A DNA stretch of 64,000 bases from the IMG/VR virus record IMGVR_UViG_3300043540_000091, positions 64,001 through 128,000 of that record; one strand, given 5' to 3'. Below the pieces are notes generated by a model. That model worked only from the letters and a program-made list of their open reading frames with translations, searched no databases and was not told the DNA's origin. Of the stretch, positions 48,320-56,472 are shown one piece after another. How positions within the stretch are numbered: the stretch's first letter is position 1; each line of letters begins with the position of its first letter. The DNA comes from a virus. The position numbers and the translations under genes are program-made.

Positions 48320-49125
48320 AGGACCACGCACTGATCCAAGGCATGCGCAAGGCAGGTAAGCTCGCAGCACTCGTGCTCGAACAGGTCTGCGCTGCGGCCA
48401 AGGAGGGCGTCACGACGAACGAACTCGACAAGCTGGCGCACGACATCACCATCGCCAATGGCGGCACGAACGCTTGCCTCGGCTACAAGGGTTATCCGAA
48501 GTCGATCTGCACATCCGTGAACGAGATGCTCTGCCATGGCGTTCCTAACGATGAGCCTCTCAAGAACGGCGACATCGTCAACATCGACGTGACCGTCAAG
48601 GTCGGTCCGTACCACGGCGACACTTCTCGAACCGTGGCCATAGGAGAGGTCTCTACCGACGCGTACGCTTTGATCTGCGCCGCGCGCGAGGCGATGATGG
48701 CCGGTATCGCGGCGGTAAGGCCGAACGGTTTCACCGGCGACATCGGCAACGCCATCTCTACGTTCATCAAGGGTAACTATCCCCAGTTCACGGTATGTCG
48801 CGACATCGGCGGCCACGGTATCGGACGAGTCTTCCACGACAAGCCGTTCATACCTGGATTCGGAGACCCTCGCACGGGTGAGAAGCTGAAGCTGTGGTCG
48901 TGCATCACGGTAGAGCCGATAGTCCTATGGAACGTGCCGAAGTACGGTTCTCGTCCGATCGCTCCGCACAAGGATCATAAGGAATGTAAGGTCCAGGAGA
49001 TCGTTGGGACCGGCGGCCTTGCGGCACAGTTCGAGCATACGGTACTCATAACGGTGGACGGTCCGGAGATCCTGACGGAGATACCAATCTTACCCATAAG
49101 GCAGGGATTGCTTGAGCGTTACTAG
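48316..49125 (+). CDS. map: methionine aminopeptidase type I
   Basis: GYKGYPKSICTSVNE..CHGVP, GDIVNIDVT..YHGDTSRT, GHGIG..FH, TVEP, AQFEHT motifs. Confidence 0.96.
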   Translation: MKDHALIQGMRKAGKLAALVLEQVCAAAKEGVTTNELDKLAHDITIANGGTNACLGYKGYPKSICTSVNEMLCHGVPNDEPLKNGDIVNIDVTVKVGPYHGDTSRTVAIGEVSTDAYALICAAREAMMAGIAAVRPNGFTGDIGNAISTFIKGNYPQFTVCRDIGGHGIGRVFHDKPFIPGFGDPRTGEKLKLWSCITVEPIVLWNVPKYGSRPIAPHKDHKECKVQEIVGTGGLAAQFEHTVLITVDGPEILTEIPILPIRQGLLERY

Positions 49126-49660
49126 AATCACGAATCTTCTGAACCAGATACTCCAAGGTCCGCTCGGAGGATGCGAGCTGCGCGTTCATGAAGACGATCA
49201 GATGGCAGACTACTGGTACTTCGTCATCGTTCGCAAGGGCCTACAGTACCCTGGATTGTTCTTGAACCTGAATGGACAGATTTCGAGTCAGTTCTTGTTA
49301 GATCCAACCTTGAAGTCTTTGGACGTACAGGCGCTGTTCACGTTCGATAACAGGGCCGGTAGCGCCGACGTGACCTGCCACTTCGTAGGACATGGCAAGT
49401 TACACCTCCCTGGCATAGCGAACAGTTCAGGAATGAAATACGGCTTGGTAGATCTCGAGTTGTCGGTCGCTCAGTACCTCAAGACGCACCTGCCGACCGG
49501 AGCATACCCTATCGTCACGAAGTATGAGATCATGAAATCCAGATGTGACTGCGGAGGCCGCAAGGCTGGCTACCGCGACGATGAGCTTCACGGACATGCT
49601 CAGTGGTGCGATCTTGTAAAGAACCCGTCCGCTGGAATGATGCACGGCAATGGCGACTAA
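49112..49660 (+). CDS. hypothetical protein with C-terminal CxC..H..WC motif
   Basis: Coupled ORF. Confidence 0.55.
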   Translation: MSVTRITNLLNQILQGPLGGCELRVHEDDQMADYWYFVIVRKGLQYPGLFLNLNGQISSQFLLDPTLKSLDVQALFTFDNRAGSADVTCHFVGHGKLHLPGIANSSGMKYGLVDLELSVAQYLKTHLPTGAYPIVTKYEIMKSRCDCGGRKAGYRDDELHGHAQWCDLVKNPSAGMMHGNGD

Positions 49661-50153
49661 GCGTAAGCGCAGGCACTTTAGAATCAGAGGCGAGAAGACT
49701 TACTTCTCCGACGTCGACGAAACCCTCATCCTCATAGATGAGATTCCGGACGGCGTCGATCCGTCTACCCTGGTCAAGATCCGCATGAACAAGAATAAGC
49801 CCGACGCCTGGTGCTGGGGTATGCGACACGAGCGACATATCGAGCTTCTCAGACAGATGGCCGCTCGTGGCTTCGCCATCGTAGTGTGGTCATCTGGAGG
49901 AGAGGCGTGGGCCGATTACATCGTTGACGTACTTGGACTGGATGGTCTGGTCGATGCGACGTGTGGGAAACCTGACTGGTATGCCGACGACAAGACTCCT
50001 GACAACTTCATGAAGGGCCGGATCTATCTCAATCCGTTCAATCCATCCAAGGATCATAGAGGCTGGGTAGTCGATGCCATAAGCGCACATGAAGATCCCA
50101 ATGATCTCTGTGACGTTGACAAGAATCTACCTAAAACGACCAAGTCAGAGTAA
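49650..50153 (+). CDS. HAD-superfamily phosphatase
   Basis: FSDVDETLI, WSSGG, KP..YADD motifs. Confidence 0.8.
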   Translation: MATKRKRRHFRIRGEKTYFSDVDETLILIDEIPDGVDPSTLVKIRMNKNKPDAWCWGMRHERHIELLRQMAARGFAIVVWSSGGEAWADYIVDVLGLDGLVDATCGKPDWYADDKTPDNFMKGRIYLNPFNPSKDHRGWVVDAISAHEDPNDLCDVDKNLPKTTKSE

Positions 50154-50406
50154 GCTGCTTCTGCATGATGACCTTTATCACGATCGCGGTCGCAGATCCG
50201 TACTTCTCGATCTCTTTCGGCACGTACTTCTTCTCGAGATCCCTCAGGCGCTTGTCGACCTCAGGCTTCAGCCCTGACTGGATGTAAGCTCCGTCGAGAG
50301 ATGTTCGCGCGGCATCCATGTACCTGTCGTGGGACTTCTGGTCGTTGGACGTAGCTCCGTTGATGGCAAGCCCGAACGCCAGAAAGAATCCTGCTACTTG
50401 GCCCAT
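50131..50406 (-). CDS. small secreted/membrane hypothetical protein
   Basis: Hydrophobic N-terminus; follows the subtilase; ends in WSF. Confidence 0.5.
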   Translation of the reverse strand: MGQVAGFFLAFGLAINGATSNDQKSHDRYMDAARTSLDGAYIQSGLKPEVDKRLRDLEKKYVPKEIEKYGSATAIVIKVIMQKQLTLTWSF

Positions 50407-51215
50407 CCGCCAGCCTTCTTGACGAGTAACCTTCCGTAGTGGCTCTTCCTCATGATGTACAGGTGGTTGGCGAGCTTCCCAGTCATGGTCGCGGCGGCCT
50501 GTGAAGTTCCAGTCATATATCCGTAGAGTCCGCCAGGAAGAGTTGACAGGACGTCGTTACCGATCTCCTTGTACAGAAGGACCTTGGACTCATCGCTGCT
50601 GGTGTTCGACGATGGAAGCGTCTTCTCTCCATCGGCGTACGTCGCGGTCACTGCCACGATTCGAGAGTCGCACATGGCAGGCCAGTACTTGTGAGTGATG
50701 ACGTCGGACCTTTCGTTGCCAGCTGCCGCGACCACTATGATACCCTTGTCAAGAGCTTCCTTGAGAACCGCGCACTCCTCGTCGCTTCTGGCGATACCGC
50801 CGCCGGAGTAGTTGATGATGTCGACGTTCAGCTCGACGGCCTTCTTGAATGACTTGATCGTGTTCTTGAGGTTGTCCGCGTCGAGGCCCTTCGAGTTGTA
50901 GTACTTCATGATATACAGGCACGTCGGAGCCGTTCCAGCGAATTTCGTGACTATTCCGGCGATGTGAGTCCCGTGACCATGCTCGTCGCTCACGTCTAGG
51001 TTGTCGACTTCCTTACCGTCGACGACCTTCTTGGTTACGAAGTTCCAAGATCCGCATACCTTCGGTGTAAGCTTAAGCTGCTCCCAATTTGACTTCATGT
51101 CAATGCCGGTGTCAACGATTGCGATCTTGACCATATCTGGATCTTCGACCGGTTTCGGTTCGTCCGCTGCGAACGCGTGAGCGCCTATGAGCAGTGAAAG
51201 GATGATCTTCTTCAT
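50394..51215 (-). CDS. secreted subtilisin-like (S8) serine protease
   Basis: Signal MKKIILSLLIGAHAFA; IAIVDTGI, HGHGTHIAG, AAAGNE, GTSQAA motifs. Start reassigned to 51215. Confidence 0.92.
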   Translation of the reverse strand: MKKIILSLLIGAHAFAADEPKPVEDPDMVKIAIVDTGIDMKSNWEQLKLTPKVCGSWNFVTKKVVDGKEVDNLDVSDEHGHGTHIAGIVTKFAGTAPTCLYIMKYYNSKGLDADNLKNTIKSFKKAVELNVDIINYSGGGIARSDEECAVLKEALDKGIIVVAAAGNERSDVITHKYWPAMCDSRIVAVTATYADGEKTLPSSNTSSDESKVLLYKEIGNDVLSTLPGGLYGYMTGTSQAAATMTGKLANHLYIMRKSHYGRLLVKKAGGWAK

Positions 51216-51221
51216 GTATAT

Positions 51222-51280
51222 ATTGTCCACCATAAACAGAATGAAGTCAACTTGACACTCGACCAAGGTAGTGCTAAGAT
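51222..51280. promoter_or_regulatory. divergent sigma70-type promoters (minus TTGACT-17-GACAAT; plus TTGACA-17-TAAGAT)
   Basis: Both have 17-bp spacing. The minus-strand one is 6 nt from the subtilase ATG. Confidence 0.65.
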
Positions 51281-51297
51281 CTCAGCTGGAGGTATCT

Positions 51298-51621
51298 ATG
51301 ATCGACAATAAGACTTTTGACACTGCAGGCCGTCTCCGCTCATGCCAACTCTTCATCCGAAACGACCATCTACCGAGCCGCCACTTCGAGATCGTGATTA
51401 AGGAGATGAGATCGTCTCAAGGTGGTGCGGATGCCGTCGTGGTGGATCAACTCAAGACAAATAAGCCTCAGGAAGTACACGCGTTCCTTGGCAAATATGG
51501 GGTTCCGAGCGCTGAGATCAAATTGGCTGCAAACGAGATGGAGAAGAACGATCACAACGCCGCCTCGTTCGGATTCTTCGGCAGCTTCATCTACTCGTTC
51601 GACGATGGGATCATGCAATGA
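51298..51621 (+). CDS. hypothetical protein
   Basis: GGAGGT RBS before ATG 51298. Confidence 0.7.
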   Translation: MIDNKTFDTAGRLRSCQLFIRNDHLPSRHFEIVIKEMRSSQGGADAVVVDQLKTNKPQEVHAFLGKYGVPSAEIKLAANEMEKNDHNAASFGFFGSFIYSFDDGIMQ

Positions 51622-51842
51622 TCTCCGACAAGCGACCGACGATATCACCGTTCGAGAGGTTCGTCCTGACGTTCATGCCGTCTTACTTCGCGACGGACTA
51701 CAACTCTGGAATAACCGTCCACTACAAGAAGCTCTTCGGGAAGATGTACATCCTCTCCGAGATCACCGATAGTCCAGATCCGCTTGACGAAGATCCCGAG
51801 AAGGTGTATACACAAGATAAACCGTCCCAGGAGGGAACATGA
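51618..51842 (+). CDS. hypothetical protein
   Basis: ATGA-coupled. Confidence 0.55.
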   Translation: MISDKRPTISPFERFVLTFMPSYFATDYNSGITVHYKKLFGKMYILSEITDSPDPLDEDPEKVYTQDKPSQEGT

Positions 51843-52087
51843 ACGAATCAAACGTACTGACATCGCAGGAACAGCGCGTTGCTGAGTTGGCAGGCAAAGG
51901 TCTGTCGAACCGTCAGATCGGCGCTGAGTTAAACATCACCGAGAAGACCGTCAAGTTTCACTTGACCAACGTCTACAGGAAGCTCGGCGTGACTCGCTAC
52001 CAGCTGATCGGTAATCCCAACGTCACGGCGGCAGCAGTCCTCGCCTCCGAGACGCAGGTAGAGAATTCTCAGTCGAACTCCTTATGA
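51839..52087 (+). CDS. stand-alone LuxR/GerE-type HTH regulator
   Basis: LTSQEQRVAELAGKGLSNRQIGAELNITEKTVKFHLTNVYRKLGV. Confidence 0.93.
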   Translation: MNESNVLTSQEQRVAELAGKGLSNRQIGAELNITEKTVKFHLTNVYRKLGVTRYQLIGNPNVTAAAVLASETQVENSQSNSL

Positions 52088-52422
52088 CCGACGACTCGCT
52101 GAGCGATCTGGTAGCCAAGTTCTCCAAGAGAGCGGAAGATCTCGAGTGGCAGCTTAGACAGATCGCGGACCAGGTCTCTGAAGCTGAGAAGGCCGCCTAT
52201 GAGCGCGGCCTGATGGCGAACCTGGACGCGAGGACGGGCTCGCTCGAAGGTAAGACCATCGTCGTGAAGGTTCCGTCAGGTGATGTGGAAGATACCTGCA
52301 GAAGCCTCAGATACGTGCAGCGCAAGATGAACTGCAGGTTTATCGTTCTTGCCGATTACGTTGACATGAAGGAACTGAGCGACGTGGATCTTCGTGCTGT
52401 TGGACTGAAGAGGATCGACTAG
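52084..52422 (+). CDS. hypothetical protein
   Basis: Coupled ORF; C-terminal LSDVDLRAVGLKR. Confidence 0.65.
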   Translation: MTDDSLSDLVAKFSKRAEDLEWQLRQIADQVSEAEKAAYERGLMANLDARTGSLEGKTIVVKVPSGDVEDTCRSLRYVQRKMNCRFIVLADYVDMKELSDVDLRAVGLKRID

Positions 52423-52442
52423 TTTATGGTATAGTAAGATCG

Positions 52443-53015
52443 ATGTCTGTGAAGGTGTCTGGACACGATCTTAAGACCATGGCCCTGTGTTGGCTGCGCT
52501 TCGAGCGGCAGTTCAATCTCATCTGCACCGAAGATCCGTTCAGGAACGCCGACGCGATCGGGACTGACACGTCGCAGCAGTGCAGGAAGATGATAGAGAT
52601 CGAGACCAAGATCTCCATCGCGGATCTTCGCGCCGACAATAACAAGCGCGTAAAACATGAGCGGATGGGCAAGCTTTACCGCAAGGAGCCCATCCTAGAC
52701 CTCTGGGAGAAGGAAACGGATCACACTCAGTTCCCGAGCCAGTTCTACTTTCTGCTCCCGCGCGAGCTGAAGGAGAAGGCGCTCGAGGTCATAGGAGAAA
52801 TGTATCCACACGCCGGACTCATGGTGGTCAACGAGAACCTCTTCAAGGCTGGGTTCTACAGCAGGGGCTCGATCGTCGTCATAAAGCGTGCACCTGTACT
52901 ACACAAGCTGCTGATATCGAAGGAGATCAAGAACTACTTCGCCAACCGACAGGCGAGCGAGATATGCAAACTGAGACTTGACGATCTCAAGGACAAGTGG
53001 GAGAATAAGAAATGA
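52443..53015 (+). CDS. PD-(D/E)XK nuclease-fold protein (MmcB-like)
   Basis: NADAIG..IEIETKISIADLRAD..K..QFYF motifs. ATG is 7 nt after TGGTATAGT (52427-52435). Confidence 0.7.
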   Translation: MSVKVSGHDLKTMALCWLRFERQFNLICTEDPFRNADAIGTDTSQQCRKMIEIETKISIADLRADNNKRVKHERMGKLYRKEPILDLWEKETDHTQFPSQFYFLLPRELKEKALEVIGEMYPHAGLMVVNENLFKAGFYSRGSIVVIKRAPVLHKLLISKEIKNYFANRQASEICKLRLDDLKDKWENKK

Positions 53016-53563
53016 TCTTGAAGTATACGTACTCGTATTCTGGTACCAAGGGCACGTTCCACGTCGGACTCAAGGAAGGCGTCGTTACTCATTCGCTCAG
53101 CGCACACGCCATGTCACAGATCGCCGCTCAGGAAGGTGGACTACTGAGCTGGCTTCGCCGTACGCTCATAAGTGAGCACCTCGGGCAGCAGCACTTCGAG
53201 CTTGTAAACGTGACTCCGGAGAAGATCAAGGAACGCGGCGTCATGTCTCCGGACGATGCCAAGGAACTGTACGATCTCGCGCGTTACGACGAGGAAGTCA
53301 ACAAGGCAGCATCGTTGGTAGCAGAAGCCATCAGGCAGGATTTCTTGGACAGTATCAAGAACTCCGTCGAGCCGATGACCGTGGCGTCGATGAAGAAGTA
53401 CGTCGAGAAGTACGTCGAGAAGTTCTTCAAGCCCGACTTCAACGTACAGGTGCAGGTAAACAAGGAAGATCCGTCGAAGATCGACGTGAGCTTCACGGTC
53501 CCTATCATATCTATCGAGTTTGAACTAGGAGGAATGGCGGATGGAAGTCAGAATCGGACCTAA
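53012..53563 (+). CDS. hypothetical protein
   Basis: Coupled ORF; contains a 12-bp tandem duplication (KYVEKYVEK). Confidence 0.6.
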   Translation: MILKYTYSYSGTKGTFHVGLKEGVVTHSLSAHAMSQIAAQEGGLLSWLRRTLISEHLGQQHFELVNVTPEKIKERGVMSPDDAKELYDLARYDEEVNKAASLVAEAIRQDFLDSIKNSVEPMTVASMKKYVEKYVEKFFKPDFNVQVQVNKEDPSKIDVSFTVPIISIEFELGGMADGSQNRT

Positions 53564-53807
53564 GTCAGTTCGTTCGGATCTACCTGTTGGATACGTACCA
53601 AGCGGCGTGCTTGATCAGATCAAGTTGGCCGACTCAGGTCAGCTTGGCAAGCAGGTCTTAAACTTCGACGTGCGCCTGACCAAGCCAAGCTCTGACGGCG
53701 ACGCGCACTTCAAGCGTGTGTTCGTCATCAACGGTCACTGCCGCTTCAAGCTGTACACACTGATCGACGTTGTCCGGTACAAGCTCGTGCGGATGCTTGG
53801 CCTGTGA
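53541..53807 (+). CDS. hypothetical protein
   Basis: AGGAGG RBS. Confidence 0.55.
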   Translation: MEVRIGPKSVRSDLPVGYVPSGVLDQIKLADSGQLGKQVLNFDVRLTKPSSDGDAHFKRVFVINGHCRFKLYTLIDVVRYKLVRMLGL

Positions 53808-53995
53808 GCGATCCACGCAGGGAAGCCTACCTCGAGAGTGAGATCCGGCGGCTTCAGGAAGCCAAGCTGACTGCGCTTAAGAACGTGCGCGTGACGACCG
53901 GTTCAGGGAAGGTCACCATTCTTGACCATTTCTTAGAGATGGATAAGAAGCAGGAGAAATTCGAGTCAGAACTCGAGACTCTGCTAGAGGGTTAG
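53804..53995 (+). CDS. hypothetical protein
   Basis: GTGA-coupled; last plus-strand gene before the convergent tail block. Confidence 0.5.
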   Translation: MSDPRREAYLESEIRRLQEAKLTALKNVRVTTGSGKVTILDHFLEMDKKQEKFESELETLLEG

Positions 53996-54487
53996 TTGAG
54001 GCTTACCCAAGTTGAGCCGTCGTACAACCTCAACTTGTTAGTACTAGTGTTATAATAGACACTTCCGGCGGTTGCCGTAGGGTCAGAAGTTCCAGTTGGA
54101 AGTCGTAGATACAGGGCGTCTAAAGTTATATGACCGCGAGTGCCTCCGATAGACGGAGATCCTACCGTAAGATTGATGTTGCCAGAATTTCTACTGTTAC
54201 TTCCAAGCCCGCCGTTTCCGGTCATGAGATTGATCGCGCCTGTGTCTCCAGAGAATGGTCCTGTATTGCCGGTTGATAGATTCAATGCTTTGCAGTAGTT
54301 CTCATCGCGATATCGCCTGATGGAACAGTCGCTTCGACGGCGTATGGGGTAGTCGACGACGTTATACCCAAGTTGCCTTGAGCCAGAGTTAGGTTGCCGT
54401 TACTTGCCAGACGCATCGACTCTGTTAAAGCCGGATCTTCGTCTCGTCTACCGCGTTCGCGCCAAGGAACTGTTTACTTAGATTCAC
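53992..54487 (-). pseudogene. collapsed, frameshifted third paralog of the MNILKQF fibre family
   Basis: GTG at 54487 reads MNLSKQFLGANAVDETKIRL*, compared with MNILKQFIGADQVDDTKILL in the intact genes. It continues in other frames as TESMRLASNGNLTLAQG.. and then the 97-aa LSTGNTG..YYNTSTNKLRLYDGSTW ORF. Confidence 0.7.
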
Positions 54488-54498
54488 TGCCTACCGCC

Positions 54499-56388
54499 TT
54501 AGTATTCGTACTGCACCACGACGATGTTCGAAGAAGTCAGAGCAGAAGGTCCGCCCGTAGCGATGTCGTTCAAGAACGTGATGCGGGTATTGCCGCCTGC
54601 GCCGCCGGTGTAGTTCACCGAGTAATCATCGCCAGCACCTTCGATCAGCATACCGTTACCGCCCTTGACCATGAACATGATCGAGTCGGTCTTGGCCACA
54701 TGCGCGAGATCGATGTACTGGTTCGTGATGTCGGTTGCCGACAATGCAATGCGCTCTTTAGCCCACGTTCCACCGGCATCACCGAAGGAGAGGTTGCCAG
54801 CACCGTCTGTCTTAAGCGCTTGACCAGCTGTTCCGTCAGCGGCAGGCAAGATGAACGAGACGTTAGATGGAATCGTGGCAGGAGCTACGATATCGATCCA
54901 TGTCTCATTATTGCCAGCCATGAAACGCAGAGGCATCGGCTGTAAACCATTCGCCGAGATGAGTCGGAACGCAGTGTAGGCTATAATGTCGACCATTCCA
55001 CCGATGACATTAACCTGACCATACAGCCCTGCGCCATCGTTACCGGCGATGAGGCTGATCGTACCTGCCTGCACTCCGGTAGTCGTATTGCCCGTAGTAA
55101 GAGTAATCGCGCCGGAAGCTGCAGCGCTCGCGACAGATCCAGTGGTCAGGTTGATGTCACCAGAAGAGTATGCTCCAGTGGCCTTAGTCGAGTTACCAGT
55201 GTTGATGAGTACAGGTCCGCTACCTTCGTAAGCTTGACCAGTCAAGATCTGTACTTGGCCGGACACTTCGCCGTCTTGAGCCTGATCTGCGTTGCCTGAT
55301 CCGATAGTCACAGCACCGGAGTTGCCGCCGCCGACTGCGGACCCAGAGTAGATCTGAATGATACCGGTGTTACCCGTTCCGGCATTGTCGCCGGAGTAGA
55401 TGTTGACCGCACCGGAGTTGCCTGAACCAGCGCCGACCGCGCCGGAGCCTAAGAATACGTAGCCAGAGTTGCCGCTCGCTGCGTCGTTCTGAATAAGACC
55501 AGAGCGAAGAGTAAGGTTACCGGTATCGCCGGTTGCGCTAGAAGGTGCGCCATCGCCAGACTTAATGGTGACTGTTCCAGAGCCGGTGTTATTGTTATTG
55601 CCTTGATCCGCTGAGCCGAACAATGCGGCTCCGCCAGTGGCCAAGTTAGAACCACCGCTCAAGAGGGTGAGAGTTCCACCGTTTGAGTTGATCGGCGTAC
55701 CAGCTTGGATGACAAGGTTCATCGTTGAAGAGGGCTGCGTCGTCCATCCGATGTAACGCGTGGCAGAACCTTCGTCGAAGACTAGATCTTGGTTGATCGA
55801 CGTAGCTGTTAAGTTAGACAGAGCCGTATTCGCTCCGGAATCGCCGCTGCTGGAGAGGTCAGCTACTACGCTGTCTGTCCCGATTACAGCTGCATCGCGG
55901 ATCTTCCAGATCTGGTCTGAGTTAGAGCCAGCGCTGTGATCGACGATGATCAAGGTACCTTCAGCGATGGTCGAGCCGGTAGTCCATCCAGCCGGACGAG
56001 TCAGCGCGGTACCTGAGGTATTGAAGGTCCAGAGACCGTTCTCGGTCTGCGTAGACTGACCTGCCAAGAATAACAGCTGACCTGCGGTCAGAGTAACCGA
56101 GTCGAATACGGCAGTGCCTGGGTTAGATACAGTCACATCAGTCGTAACGAGAGCCTTCGGAACGTACGAAGCTACGTCGCGCGCGTTAACGAACGCTTCT
56201 GTAGCCAGATTGCTACCAGAATATTGCGGAAGCGAAGCAAATTCGATAATGTCGGAAGCGTTGACACGAAGTAGGTTGACGTTACCTGAGTTGGCGGCGT
56301 TGCGCGCACGCAAGTACTGAGCGTTCTTCAGTAAAATCTTGGTATCGTCGACCTGATCTGCTCCAATAAACTGCTTTAAAATGTTCAT
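54499..56388 (-). CDS. glycine-rich tail fibre/adhesin-like protein (629 aa)
   Basis: Repeats of SG.(V/I).I.(S/T)G. The first ~180 aa are near-identical to 56472-59021. Confidence 0.75.
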   Translation of the reverse strand: MNILKQFIGADQVDDTKILLKNAQYLRARNAANSGNVNLLRVNASDIIEFASLPQYSGSNLATEAFVNARDVASYVPKALVTTDVTVSNPGTAVFDSVTLTAGQLLFLAGQSTQTENGLWTFNTSGTALTRPAGWTTGSTIAEGTLIIVDHSAGSNSDQIWKIRDAAVIGTDSVVADLSSSGDSGANTALSNLTATSINQDLVFDEGSATRYIGWTTQPSSTMNLVIQAGTPINSNGGTLTLLSGGSNLATGGAALFGSADQGNNNNTGSGTVTIKSGDGAPSSATGDTGNLTLRSGLIQNDAASGNSGYVFLGSGAVGAGSGNSGAVNIYSGDNAGTGNTGIIQIYSGSAVGGGNSGAVTIGSGNADQAQDGEVSGQVQILTGQAYEGSGPVLINTGNSTKATGAYSSGDINLTTGSVASAAASGAITLTTGNTTTGVQAGTISLIAGNDGAGLYGQVNVIGGMVDIIAYTAFRLISANGLQPMPLRFMAGNNETWIDIVAPATIPSNVSFILPAADGTAGQALKTDGAGNLSFGDAGGTWAKERIALSATDITNQYIDLAHVAKTDSIMFMVKGGNGMLIEGAGDDYSVNYTGGAGGNTRITFLNDIATGGPSALTSSNIVVVQYEY

Positions 56389-56417
56389 CTTTATCTCCCT
56401 TTATTACGACATCTGAT

Positions 56418-56425
56418 AGATTAGG
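56418..56425 (-). promoter_or_regulatory. putative late promoter box CCTAATCT
   Basis: Upstream of the 629-aa fibre gene; part of a duplicated block. Confidence 0.5.
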
Positions 56426-56426
56426 A

Positions 56427-56472
56427 TTATGTCCAGTACGTGATGCGGAAGCGGTTTACTGGTGTTAGACAT
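56427..56472 (-). pseudogene. 46-bp remnant of a paralog of the 539-aa fibre gene (start fused to end)
   Basis: Reads MSNTSK.. (compare MSNPSR) and, in another frame, NRFRITYWT* (compare NRFRIVYWT*). Confidence 0.65.
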
